DNA from: Candidatus Doudnabacteria bacterium
Lineage (GTDB): Bacteria; Patescibacteriota; Doudnabacteria; UBA920
NCBI GenBank assembly: GCA_031291995.1
Contig: JARLHZ010000022.1
Coordinates: 11,330-75,329 of the forward strand
Length of the DNA stretch: 64,000 bases
Direction of reading: 5' to 3'
A program made the translations under genes and the position numbers. The notes beneath the pieces were generated by a model. The model made no database searches. It saw only the letters and a list, made by a program, of their open reading frames with translations, and was not told the origin of the DNA. Positions 36,783 through 45,854 of this stretch are shown here, one piece after another. Numbering within the stretch: position 1 is the first letter of the stretch; the number at the start of each line of letters is the position of its first letter.

Positions 36783-37550
36783 ATGAAACAATCTACATCC
36801 TGGGGCAAAGTCGCCGGCTGGTATAACCAGCTTTTGCAGGAAGGCGAAGATACTTATCAGGAAAAAATAATAAAACCGAATTTATTAAGAATTCTCGCGC
36901 CAAAATCCGGCGAGGAAATTTTGGACGTGGGCTGCGGGCAGGGATTTTTCGCGCGCGAGATTGGCAAAGCTGGGGCAAAAGTTTTGGGGATAGATGTGGG
37001 CGGGGAATTAATCCGGCTGGCCAAAGCTCAAGCGGGCAAAAATGAAACATATTTGGTGCTGTCGGCCGAAAAAATGGCCGGGTTGGCGGACTCCCGATTT
37101 AACGCGGCCGTTTGCGTGCTGGCCCTGCAGAATATCAAGAATATGCAGGCGGCAATTTTGGAAATTTCCCGCGTGTTAAAACCCGGCGGCCGCGCAGTTT
37201 TGGTGTTAAACCATCCGGCGTTCCGTATTCCCGGCGCATCAACCTGGGGTTACGATGAAAAAACTAATATCCAATATCGCAATATCAACAAATATCTGTC
37301 CCAAATTTCCCAGGAAGTGGATATGACCCAGGGCGTGGCCGATCCGAAACGGAAGAAATTTACCTTGTCCTTCCATCACCCTTTACAGGTTTACTTTAAA
37401 GCGTTTGCCAAAGCCGGGCTGGCTGTTTCGCGCCTGGAAGAATGGGTGTCGCACAAAACCAGCGACAAAGGCCCGCGCAAACAGGCCGAAGACGCGGCCC
37501 GAAAAGAGATTCCGTTATTTATGTGCCTGGAATTGAAAAAAATTTATTAA
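36783..37550 (+). CDS. Class I SAM-dependent methyltransferase
   Basis: ILDVGCGQG, VLGID, RVLKPGG, NHPAF. Confidence 0.88.
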   Translation: MKQSTSWGKVAGWYNQLLQEGEDTYQEKIIKPNLLRILAPKSGEEILDVGCGQGFFAREIGKAGAKVLGIDVGGELIRLAKAQAGKNETYLVLSAEKMAGLADSRFNAAVCVLALQNIKNMQAAILEISRVLKPGGRAVLVLNHPAFRIPGASTWGYDEKTNIQYRNINKYLSQISQEVDMTQGVADPKRKKFTLSFHHPLQVYFKAFAKAGLAVSRLEEWVSHKTSDKGPRKQAEDAARKEIPLFMCLELKKIY

Positions 37551-37571
37551 TATTAATTTAACTCTAATCGT

Positions 37572-37925
37572 ATGGGTGAAAAAATCAAACCAAATATCGA
37601 CCGCGAATCTGAAGAGGATATCTCGTTGGGAAGCTACGGCAGATTTGAAAACATGCCGCCGCTGGCCGCTTTGTCGAATTTTCACGTTTTGCGGTATCAA
37701 GGCTGGGAATTTTTAAACAATCATCCGGATAAAGCCCAGGTTATCGCCAGAGTGGCTAACGCTACCGACCAAGAAATTTTTGCTTGGGCTCAGCTTACGT
37801 CAAAAGGAAAAGCACATGAAGATATAAATTTTTATGTCAATCTAGGAGAAGGATATAGAACAGAAGCTAATAAGATTTTAGGAGATATCACAGATATTAA
37901 AATTAAGCCGCCAACTGTTCAATAG
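37572..37925 (+). CDS. Hypothetical protein (possible paralog of 43844-44151)
   Basis: 117-aa ORF, AT-rich 3' half. Confidence 0.6.
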   Translation: MGEKIKPNIDRESEEDISLGSYGRFENMPPLAALSNFHVLRYQGWEFLNNHPDKAQVIARVANATDQEIFAWAQLTSKGKAHEDINFYVNLGEGYRTEANKILGDITDIKIKPPTVQ

Positions 37926-38083
37926 GTTTAATCCATTTTTTTGTCTTTACTTGTGGAAAAGTTTAAAAAAATGCCTCAAAATAAGGCATTTTTTAATTTT
38001 GACGGGCGGTGAACGAAGGTTTACTATATATTCATAATAATTAGGGGGAACGTCATAATCTTAGAACGTCAAAAGGAGAATGT

Positions 38084-38878
38084 ATGAAAAAAGTCTATTT
38101 GGCGTTGGTTGCGGCCGTTGTTGCCGGTTTTTTTGCGCCCGTAATATGTGCGGCCGCGCCGCCGGTTTACTCCGGCACGGTCACTAAAATTTACGGCAGC
38201 GGCGTGTATTTTATATCCACTAACGCCGCCACTTATTCGGCTGACTCTTCCGGCGCCCAACTTTTGCGCAAAAACGGCGCGATGATGGCACTCACTGAAA
38301 TTTTGGTCGGGGACAAGGTGCAGGTTACCGGCCAGATTTGGCATGATAACAGCATTAGCGCGGCAGTCATTAAAGATATGTCGCTTTACGCGCATACCGG
38401 GACTTTTAGCGGAAAAATTACCGGCATAAACACATCCAACAACAGTTTTACCCTCCAAACCAAGGCTTATGGGGATCAAACCATTAACACCACCAACCTG
38501 ACCGCGTATACCAAAAACGATTCCAGTGCCGGCTTGCCCGACATGCAGCTGGGAATGACGGCCAGCGTCAAAGGCCAGTGGGAGCGAAGCAATAAAAACG
38601 TAACCGCTTCTTCGGTCGCGGGCATATATAAGCCGGTCTCCATAGATCTAACCGGCAGTTTATTGTACCGGATTGGCACGTCGCTAACCGTGCTTGGCAA
38701 TGGCAATGTCCTGTACGGCGTGGATGCCGGCTCGGCTAAACTGGTCAGCAAAAATAACAAGACCATGTCTGTGGCCGAATTTAAGCAGGGCGACACCCTG
38801 CGCGTAACGGGCAAACATCTGTCCGGAATGGTCGCGGTCACGGCGACTCAGGTTAAAGATAATAGTGTGGTAAAATGA
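38084..38878 (+). CDS. Secreted protein with three OB-like (DUF5666-like) repeats
   Basis: Signal peptide; repeats ending EILVGDKVQVTG, DMQLGMTASVKG, EFKQGDTLRVTG; AAGGAG upstream. Confidence 0.75.
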   Translation: MKKVYLALVAAVVAGFFAPVICAAAPPVYSGTVTKIYGSGVYFISTNAATYSADSSGAQLLRKNGAMMALTEILVGDKVQVTGQIWHDNSISAAVIKDMSLYAHTGTFSGKITGINTSNNSFTLQTKAYGDQTINTTNLTAYTKNDSSAGLPDMQLGMTASVKGQWERSNKNVTASSVAGIYKPVSIDLTGSLLYRIGTSLTVLGNGNVLYGVDAGSAKLVSKNNKTMSVAEFKQGDTLRVTGKHLSGMVAVTATQVKDNSVVK

Positions 38879-38890
38879 CAAAGCAACGAA

Positions 38891-39066
38891 TATAGGTCGT
38901 ATAAGTCCTATACGACATATTTATCTTATTTTTATTAGCGACGTAGAGCGAGTCCGGCCATTTATGGCCGCGCGAGCCGAGGAGCTAATACAGGTTCAAT
39001 ACCGCGCGGCTCGCCGCGCAATTGTAGCGATGTCTTTGCAGTAATACCCCGCTGCTTGCGGCGGGG
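38891..39066. repeat. Compound intergenic cluster of hairpins
   Basis: GTCGTATA-AGTCC-TATACGAC (38896-38916); CGGCCAT-TT-ATGGCCG; GCGAGCCG...CGGCTCGC; CCCCGCTGC-TT-GCGGCGGGG (39047-39066). Confidence 0.65.
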
Positions 39067-39080
39067 AACCTTTATTTTTT

Positions 39081-41129
39081 ATGTCCGACCAACCCCAACC
39101 CACAAAATATAATATAGCAGAACTCCGCAAAATTCACCCCAAAATAGGGCTGAAGTGGGAACAGGAAGAAGACGAGCGGTTAAAAAAGTTGTACACCGAA
39201 AACCGAACCGCAAGAGCCGGTGATTTTGACGAGTTCGTGCTTGAGTTAACCGAGGACTTTGGCCGCGCGGCCGGCGGACTCAAGGCCCGGCTGGCCATGC
39301 ATTTTACCGACGTCCCGGGCTGGGATTACAGCCGTGACGAGTTCCGGCGCCAGGAAATGGACAAAAAGGCCGCTGCGGCCATCCCGGAAAGCCGCAATGA
39401 TTTTTTGCGCGATGAATATAAAAAATATTCGGAAAATAAGAAAGAAACTTATACCGGTTTTCTCAAACGCTTATCTCAGTCTTTGGGAGGCGTGGAAGGG
39501 ACTTTTGTGAAGCATCGTTTGGAGCAGTTGGTCGGCAAGCTGGAGAAATATCGGCGGGACGACGTGAATCCTTTTGCCAGAGCGCATAAACCGGACCCGG
39601 AGCCCGAAATTCCTAAATATTCTTTTGCCGAAAATCCCGAGGCTATGGAAACGTTAAAGATAATGGGCCGGACGGCGGAAAATTTGTTTTTAACCGGCGA
39701 GGCTGGCACGGGCAAGTCCACATTGCTGCAATATTTTCGTCTTACGACCCAAAAAAATGTCGTGGTTCTGGCTCCTACCGGCGTGGCAGCTATTAACGTG
39801 GGCGGGCAGACCATTCATTCGTTTTGCGCCTTTGGGCCGGATATTACTTTAAGCAAAGTTAAAAAGCTCGGGTCGGGCAGCGGTAAATTCCAGCTGCTGC
39901 AAAAATTGCAGATTATCATTATCGATGAAATCTCCATGGTACGGGCGGATTTATTGGACTGCGTAGATAAATTTTTGCGCATAAACGGTCCGGCCAAAGA
40001 CGAGCCGTTTGGCGGCATCCAAATGGTATTTATAGGCGACCTTTACCAGCTGCCCCCGGTGGACCGAGATTTTATTTCCGGAGACGGGCTGTTTGGTAAT
40101 TATCAATCCCCATATTTTTTTGATTCCCGGGCGTTTAAAGGCGCCAAGTTCCACCATATCCAGTTAAAGCAAATGTACCGGCAAAAGGAGCAGGTGTTTA
40201 TAGACGTGTTAAACGCGGTGCGCAATAACGCGGCCACTCAGGAACATTTGCAGGTTTTAAACCGGCGCGCGGACGTTGCCGGCGCCAAATTTACTTTTGA
40301 GAAATTCGCCATATATTTAACGCCGCACAACCATCAGGCGCGCAAAGTTAATAATTATTTTTTGGAAAGAATAGCCGCGCCGGTAAAAATTTATGAAGGG
40401 CTCGTTAGCGGTAGTTTTGAAGACCGCGAACCGCCAACGGACGTTAGCCTCCAGGTAAAAGTTGGCGCCCAGGTTATGATGCTCAACAACGACCAGCGCA
40501 AACGCTGGGTCAACGGGACAATGGGCAAAGTGGTGGGGATACGGGGGAACGAGGACAATAGCGATAACAATAACTATAACCGAGATGTAGTGCAGGCCCG
40601 TGGCCTGCCCGACGATAATTATAGTGATAATGTTGATGATATTGAGAATTCCCGCTCTCCCCTTGTGAGGGGAGATGCCCCGGAGGGGCAGAGAGGTTGG
40701 TCCTACGCTGTTGATGACGATGAGGACTCTTCTTCATCCGACTCCATCCTCATAGAACTTGAAACCGGCGAAACCGTGTATGTACAGCCCCACACCTGGG
40801 AAATGTTCCAGTTTACCCTGGACAAGCACACGCAAAAAGTGGACAGCAAGACCACCGGCACGTTTACCCAGTATCCGTTTAAGCTGGCCTGGGCGGTAAC
40901 CATCCATAAGGCTCAGGGCAAAACTTTTGACAAAGTCTATGTGGACCTGTCCACCGGCACCTTTGCCCACGGCCAGCTTTATGTTGCCCTGTCCCGCTGC
41001 CGCACGCTGGAAGGTTTGTATTTAAAGCGGCCGATTACCCAAAAAGATATTATTTTGGACAACCGCATAGTGGAATTTTTGCACGGCTTAAACCCGACAG
41101 AATCGTATTATTCGACCGTCGATGAATAA
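39081..41129 (+). CDS. Pif1/RecD-like SF1B helicase with an N-terminal Myb-like extension and an acidic insertion
   Basis: GEAGTGKS, APTGVAA, IIIDEISMV, GDLYQLPPV, KLAWAVTIHKAQG, GQLYVALSR. Confidence 0.9.
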   Translation: MSDQPQPTKYNIAELRKIHPKIGLKWEQEEDERLKKLYTENRTARAGDFDEFVLELTEDFGRAAGGLKARLAMHFTDVPGWDYSRDEFRRQEMDKKAAAAIPESRNDFLRDEYKKYSENKKETYTGFLKRLSQSLGGVEGTFVKHRLEQLVGKLEKYRRDDVNPFARAHKPDPEPEIPKYSFAENPEAMETLKIMGRTAENLFLTGEAGTGKSTLLQYFRLTTQKNVVVLAPTGVAAINVGGQTIHSFCAFGPDITLSKVKKLGSGSGKFQLLQKLQIIIIDEISMVRADLLDCVDKFLRINGPAKDEPFGGIQMVFIGDLYQLPPVDRDFISGDGLFGNYQSPYFFDSRAFKGAKFHHIQLKQMYRQKEQVFIDVLNAVRNNAATQEHLQVLNRRADVAGAKFTFEKFAIYLTPHNHQARKVNNYFLERIAAPVKIYEGLVSGSFEDREPPTDVSLQVKVGAQVMMLNNDQRKRWVNGTMGKVVGIRGNEDNSDNNNYNRDVVQARGLPDDNYSDNVDDIENSRSPLVRGDAPEGQRGWSYAVDDDEDSSSSDSILIELETGETVYVQPHTWEMFQFTLDKHTQKVDSKTTGTFTQYPFKLAWAVTIHKAQGKTFDKVYVDLSTGTFAHGQLYVALSRCRTLEGLYLKRPITQKDIILDNRIVEFLHGLNPTESYYSTVDE

Positions 41130-41167
41130 ATATTAAGGCTGAAATAGTTATATAATACAATCAATCG

Positions 41168-41206
41168 AAGCCCGCGAGACTCATATGGTCTTGCGGGTTT
41201 TATTTT
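41168..41206 (+). terminator. Probable terminator
   Basis: AAGCCCGCGAGAC-TCATATG-GTCTTGCGGGTTTTATTTT. Confidence 0.65.
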
Positions 41207-41897
41207 GATTACTAATTTTAATAAAAAAATAACCTTGCCCATAAAAAATCTCCACAAAATTGAACAGCCCAGGGAAAAATTGCAAAAGTACGGCGCGGAA
41301 AGGCTTTCCGATGCCGAGCTGTTTGCCATTCTGCTGCGGACCGGGCCAAAGGGGAGCGGGGTTTTGGAACTGTCAAAAAAAATTCTTAGGCAGTTGCCGG
41401 GAGTAAGGCTTGCCAATGCCGGGTATAAGGAATTGCGGCAGATTTACGGTCTTGGCCCGGCCAAGGCCTGTGAAATTGTTGCCTGCTTTGAACTTGGCCG
41501 GAGAATGCTTAAGGACAAAAAGGCATCGCTGATTATTTCACCGCGCGAAGTCTGGGAGCAATGCCGGGACATTTGGGCCAGTAAAAAAGAGCATTTTGTG
41601 GTGTTCTTTTTGGACACGCAAAACCAGGAAATAAAACGCGAACTTATAAGCATTGGCACGCTTAACGCCAGCTTAATCCACCCCCGCGAAGTCTTTGAGC
41701 CCGCCATAAAATATCTGGCCTCGCACATCATCCTCTGCCACAACCACCCCAGCGGCAGTCTGGAACCTTCCGACGAAGACCTTGCCGTCACCAAGCGCCT
41801 CACCGACTCCGGCAAACTGTTAGGAATAGAAGTTATTGATCACGTGATTATTACTAGTAGGGGATATATGAGCTTTAAAGAGAAGAACCTTCTTTAG
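41205..41897 (+). CDS. radC: RadC family JAB-domain protein (start may be TTG 41235)
   Basis: PREKL..GAERLSDAELFAILLRTG, GTLNASLIHPREVF, HNHPSG..PSDED, IDHVII. Confidence 0.95.
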   Translation: MITNFNKKITLPIKNLHKIEQPREKLQKYGAERLSDAELFAILLRTGPKGSGVLELSKKILRQLPGVRLANAGYKELRQIYGLGPAKACEIVACFELGRRMLKDKKASLIISPREVWEQCRDIWASKKEHFVVFFLDTQNQEIKRELISIGTLNASLIHPREVFEPAIKYLASHIILCHNHPSGSLEPSDEDLAVTKRLTDSGKLLGIEVIDHVIITSRGYMSFKEKNLL

Positions 41898-41898
41898 T

Positions 41899-41922
41899 GT
41901 CATTCCTGCGAAGGCAGGAATC
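41899..41922. repeat. GTCATTCC-type small palindromic element (RPE4-like)
   Basis: GTC-ATTCCTGC-GAAG-GCAGGAAT-C immediately after the radC stop. Confidence 0.65.
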
Positions 41923-41936
41923 TTGCATTTATTCAC

Positions 41937-41972
41937 TTGACCTAATGTTCAAATGTACGCTATTATGTACAT
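41937..41972 (+). promoter_or_regulatory. TA promoter and TGTAC-type operator
   Basis: TTGACC-18-TATTAT, overlapped by ATGTAC-GCTATTAT-GTACAT. Confidence 0.7.
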
Positions 41973-41992
41973 ATAAATATAATCCCCAATAT

Positions 41993-42355
41993 ATGAACTC
42001 AAAAACAACGCTATCTATAACCGAGGCCAGAAAAAGGATTTTTGAAATTTGCGATGCCGTCCAGCAGCCGGACAGTTATTATACTTTAACCGAAAACGGC
42101 AAGCCCAAGGCCGTTATTCTTTCCTATGCAGAATATGAATCGATAATCGAAACTATAGACGTAATGCAGGAAATGCCGGAACTCGGCAGGGAATTAAAGG
42201 AAACCCGGGAAGCAGTTAAAAGAGGCAAGCATAAAAATTGGACCACGCTAGAAGAATTATTGGCCAAACAAGGTTACGTTTTGGCTGAGAAAGCAAAAAA
42301 ACCATATGGCTTTTCGTCTAAAACTGCATCCAAGAGCCGAAAAACAACTAAATAG
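41993..42355 (+). CDS. Phd/YefM-family antitoxin
   Basis: TLSITEARKRIFEI...LTENGKPKAVILSYAEYESIIETI. Confidence 0.9.
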   Translation: MNSKTTLSITEARKRIFEICDAVQQPDSYYTLTENGKPKAVILSYAEYESIIETIDVMQEMPELGRELKETREAVKRGKHKNWTTLEELLAKQGYVLAEKAKKPYGFSSKTASKSRKTTK

Positions 42356-42563
42356 CACCCCCAGTCCATACAATGAAAGAATTAAAATTACCCTTACAGC
42401 TATTGCCAATAATCCTTGGATTGGAAAAAAGCTTAGGGGCGAATACAATGGGTCTTATACAGTTAGGGTTTGGCCATATAGGATTATTTACGATATTTAC
42501 AAACACGAGCTTTTAGTAACGATAATTAAAATCAAACACCGAGGCCAAGGGGTCTACTCCTAA
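42306..42563 (+). CDS. RelE/ParE-family toxin
   Basis: LHPRAEKQL...IANNPWIGKKLRGEYNGSYTVRVWPYRIIY. Confidence 0.9.
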   Translation: MAFRLKLHPRAEKQLNSTPSPYNERIKITLTAIANNPWIGKKLRGEYNGSYTVRVWPYRIIYDIYKHELLVTIIKIKHRGQGVYS

Positions 42564-42567
42564 ATTT

Positions 42568-43215
42568 ATGGGTTTATTAGGGAAAATTTTCGGGGGTCAA
42601 AAGGACGCGCAAGGGATTGCCACAGATGTGGCTATGCTTATTGCCCAAGAGTCTTTTCATAAATTCCGTGAACCTGAGTTTAGGAAGCAGCTGAATTTTA
42701 GCAATTTGGACCAGGAAGAACAGGATAGGATTTTTAACGAGTTGGTTATTACCGGCCTGTGTCTGGTTTATTTGACTTTGGAACGCGGCGAGCTTGAAAA
42801 CGCGCACGAAAAATCTCGCGAGACTTTTAGACAAATTAAAAACCAGTTGGCTGGCGGCTACGCGCGGACGTTGGCGGAAGGGGGAGTGGAAAAGGAATTT
42901 ACAGATTTGTGGTATCAGCTCATAGCCATGCGCTGCGAGGAATATCGCCAGGATTTTAAGGAACACAGGGACTTGTTTGACGACCCTTGGGTGAATTATT
43001 GGATCCATGTTTGTGCCATCGGCGGCTCAGACCACATTTGCCGCGGAAAAGGAGAACAAGTAGAAAAATTGTTGCCGGATTTAACCAGATGGTGCGGTAA
43101 AATTTATATTGAAAGCATGCGCAGTCTCGCGGGACAGCTTCACGCTACTTTAAGCGAAGGCGGCAAGTCGGTGAAAGTCGATGTCAAAGACGACGGGAGC
43201 TTAGATGTCAAGTAA
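42568..43215 (+). CDS. Hypothetical protein
   Basis: 215-aa helical ORF, MGLLGKIFGG start. Confidence 0.7.
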   Translation: MGLLGKIFGGQKDAQGIATDVAMLIAQESFHKFREPEFRKQLNFSNLDQEEQDRIFNELVITGLCLVYLTLERGELENAHEKSRETFRQIKNQLAGGYARTLAEGGVEKEFTDLWYQLIAMRCEEYRQDFKEHRDLFDDPWVNYWIHVCAIGGSDHICRGKGEQVEKLLPDLTRWCGKIYIESMRSLAGQLHATLSEGGKSVKVDVKDDGSLDVK

Positions 43216-43234
43216 AATTATTAATTTTTAACTT

Positions 43235-43402
43235 ATGCCAGGGCAATTTTACGACGACTGCGAAATCTGCCGCGCCATGAAGGCGGCCGAGGAGCGGGGC
43301 GTGCCGCTGTCGGAAAAGGAACTGTTTGCCGCTTTTGAAGCCCAAAAGAAAACCGGCATTGGAATGTTCGGTACCGGAGAAGATTTGGAAAAAATGGAAT
43401 AG
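43235..43402 (+). CDS. 55-aa CxxC small protein (absent from the ORF track)
   Basis: MPGQFYDDCEICRAMKAAEERGVPLSEKELFAAFEAQKKTGIGMFGTGEDLEKME; CTTATG start context, host-like codons. Confidence 0.65.
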   Translation: MPGQFYDDCEICRAMKAAEERGVPLSEKELFAAFEAQKKTGIGMFGTGEDLEKME

Positions 43403-43504
43403 CCTCTCAACCCGCCAATTGAAACGCCCTGATTTTGCTATGGTACGCGTTTAAAAAAGGGTGTAATATAAGGCTAAGCGAGGCTTATCTTTAATATAAA
43501 ATTT

Positions 43505-43801
43505 ATGCCAACAATAGAAGAGTTTGATAGCAAGCAAACAGATGTTGAGGGAAGGGCCGATGATTTGCGTCGGCAAATTCCCAAAGAAGGCGAAATTCCA
43601 AAGGATGCCAAGCCTTTTAGTCCGGCCAAGCGTTGGGAGCTTGAAGCGGAGTTGGAAGAAATGCGCCATCCCCATCGCGAACCTGAAAGGAGAAACCCTT
43701 TTTCGCCAAAGAATGCCGAAGACGCGTCTAATTCTAAACCGGAGCCGGCGGGAGGCAAAAAGGGAATTATGACCGAAGTCCGCGGCGAAGAAAAAATATA
43801 A
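43505..43801 (+). CDS. Hypothetical charged/disordered protein
   Basis: TTTATG start, E/K/P-rich. Confidence 0.55.
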   Translation: MPTIEEFDSKQTDVEGRADDLRRQIPKEGEIPKDAKPFSPAKRWELEAELEEMRHPHREPERRNPFSPKNAEDASNSKPEPAGGKKGIMTEVRGEEKI

Positions 43802-43843
43802 TTGTAACAGATTATTAAAGTTTGTACTAAAGTAAAAAATTTT

Positions 43844-44151
43844 ATGAGTGAAGAATCGGACATGATGGATGGGGAGTGGGATGCTCATGGCGAGGCGCAT
43901 TTTGGCGACATCAATCTATAGAGGCATTAACCGAACTTGATACGGAGCTTATTAAAGCCGGGCCGCATGGGAAAAATTATTCTTTAAAGCCAAAAATCGC
44001 GAGGGCAATTGCCAATATGACTGACGATAATTTAGTTACTTGGATAAATTTAATGGCGCCGGATCACAACCCAAAAGTCATTGAATTTTATACCAAAAGA
44101 GCCATGGAAATTTACAACAGCTGTTGTTCCTATGTAAAAAGCCTGGAATAA
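43844..44151 (+). pseudogene. Probably frameshifted hypothetical gene
   Basis: TTTATG start at 43844 gives MSEESDMMDGEWDAHGEAHFGDINL*; coding-like sequence continues in another frame to 44151. Confidence 0.5.
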
Positions 44152-44186
44152 ATTTAAAATATTTTATTTAACGCCGCTTTTAATTT

Positions 44187-44420
44187 ATGAACAAAGTTAC
44201 AAGTATTGAATCGGGAAAGAGGTTCCAAACTCAAGAAAATAGAATTTTGGAACTTCGCAAGCAAATCGAGGAAACCAAGCGTAGGGTTGAAGACCTGGAT
44301 ACTATTTTAGGTAATTCTACAGATGTCGGCAAGAATGAAGAAATTAATCAAGAAGAAACCGCGTTAAGGTTAAAACTTCGCATATATTTAGAGGAGCTTG
44401 AAAGCCTTGAAAAAGATTAA
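44187..44420 (+). CDS. Hypothetical coiled-coil protein
   Basis: 77 aa with a heptad pattern. Confidence 0.6.
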   Translation: MNKVTSIESGKRFQTQENRILELRKQIEETKRRVEDLDTILGNSTDVGKNEEINQEETALRLKLRIYLEELESLEKD

Positions 44421-44424
44421 TTTT

Positions 44425-44715
44425 ATGGGGTACACCGAAGATTTTATAAAAGCCCAGGAAACTCCGAGCAGTTCGCCCCACGGATACCTCCAGGGCAGTT
44501 TGCCTTTGGCGGCAAAATATAACCCCAAAGGCCTGAGAAAATTTACCCTGCTAACCTACACCCTTTTCCCCCTCGCCATAATCTCCATAGCCCTTGCCCT
44601 GGAATCCACCCAGCTCTGGCTCAAGCTCCTCTCTATCGTCGTCTTCCTCCTTTCCCTATGGGGCATTTACAAATTCAGGAAAACTAATTTCATCAAACCT
44701 CCCCAAACCCCCTAA
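44425..44715 (+). CDS. Hypothetical 2-TM protein
   Basis: MGYTEDF start; two hydrophobic helices. Confidence 0.65.
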   Translation: MGYTEDFIKAQETPSSSPHGYLQGSLPLAAKYNPKGLRKFTLLTYTLFPLAIISIALALESTQLWLKLLSIVVFLLSLWGIYKFRKTNFIKPPQTP

Positions 44716-44740
44716 AAGCCCCGCCCAAGCGGGGCTTTTG
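44714..44740 (+). terminator. Rho-independent terminator
   Basis: AAAAGCCCCGC-CCAA-GCGGGGCTTTTG. Confidence 0.8.
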
Positions 44741-44861
44741 CTATGGCAAAGTCTTGAAAATAAGTATAAAATATACTAAAGTAAGATTATTTAAACTTAT
44801 CCACTTTACAATAGGTGAACGATTGTATACGATTAAGACACAGAGAATTATCAGCTAATCT

Positions 44862-45842
44862 ATGAACAAAAAAATCAAAACCAATAAGAAAAAAATATCC
44901 AAATCCAAGAAAAATGTTTCTTACAATATAAAAAGCAAGGGGCACAGCCATCTTAAAGAGCAGGGAGCGTTGCTTTATACTCCAACAACAATATCTAAAC
45001 CGGTAGAAAGCAAAATTCTAACTCAAATTAAAGAGCAGCCTTATTTTAGCAAGGGTAATTTTGTTTTGTACAACGACGACTGTTTAAAAATATTGGAACA
45101 GTTACCTGAGAATTCAATTGACATGATTTTTGCTGACCCGCCATATAATCTTTCCAACGGAGGTTTTACCGTTCATGCAGGAAGGCGAGTAAGCGTAAAT
45201 AAGGGTGCGTGGGATTCCAGTAAGGGTTTTGCAGATGATTTTCAATTTCAATTAGCGTGGATAAAAGCCTGTAAAAGAGTTCTTAAGCCAAATGGAACAA
45301 TTTGGATTAGCGGCACCTATCATTCTATATATCAATGCGGCTATGCGTTACAATTAGAAGGCTATAAAATTTTAAACGATATTTCTTGGTTTAAACCCAA
45401 TGCTTCACCTAATTTAAGCGGCAGGTATTTTACGGCCAGCCACGAAACTTTAATTTGGGCGCGAAAAGACGAACAGGCCAAACACACTTTTAATTATAAG
45501 CATATGAAGCTAACAAGTTGGCCGGGTGACTTTTTTAAAAACGAGGGCAAACAAATGAGGAGCGTTTGGCATATTCCGGAAAACGAAGATGTTTGGGTAG
45601 AAGGCACCCCAAAATCCGCAGAAAAAATTTTTGGCAAACATCCAACCCAAAAACCCCTGTCATTATTAAACAGGATTGTGTTAGCCTCAACAAACCCAGG
45701 AGAAATAGTTTTAGATCCTTTTGCCGGGAGTTCAACCACAGGCATTGCCGCTGCTATAAGTGGTAGAAAATTTATTGGTATTGATATGGAAAAGGACTAT
45801 CTTGAATTATCGAAAAAAAGGTTTTTAGAATTAAATAAATAA
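44862..45842 (+). CDS. Beta-class N6/N4 DNA methyltransferase (DpnA-like)
   Basis: DMIFADPPYNLSNGG...SVNKGAWD, HPTQKP, VLDPFAGSSTTG. Confidence 0.92.
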   Translation: MNKKIKTNKKKISKSKKNVSYNIKSKGHSHLKEQGALLYTPTTISKPVESKILTQIKEQPYFSKGNFVLYNDDCLKILEQLPENSIDMIFADPPYNLSNGGFTVHAGRRVSVNKGAWDSSKGFADDFQFQLAWIKACKRVLKPNGTIWISGTYHSIYQCGYALQLEGYKILNDISWFKPNASPNLSGRYFTASHETLIWARKDEQAKHTFNYKHMKLTSWPGDFFKNEGKQMRSVWHIPENEDVWVEGTPKSAEKIFGKHPTQKPLSLLNRIVLASTNPGEIVLDPFAGSSTTGIAAAISGRKFIGIDMEKDYLELSKKRFLELNK

Positions 45843-45854
45843 TTAAACAATGCT

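Noticed and set aside
42568-44715. Integron-like cassette array of small orphans
   Set aside because: I could not find a shared repeat between these genes; they share only AT-rich TTTATG start contexts.
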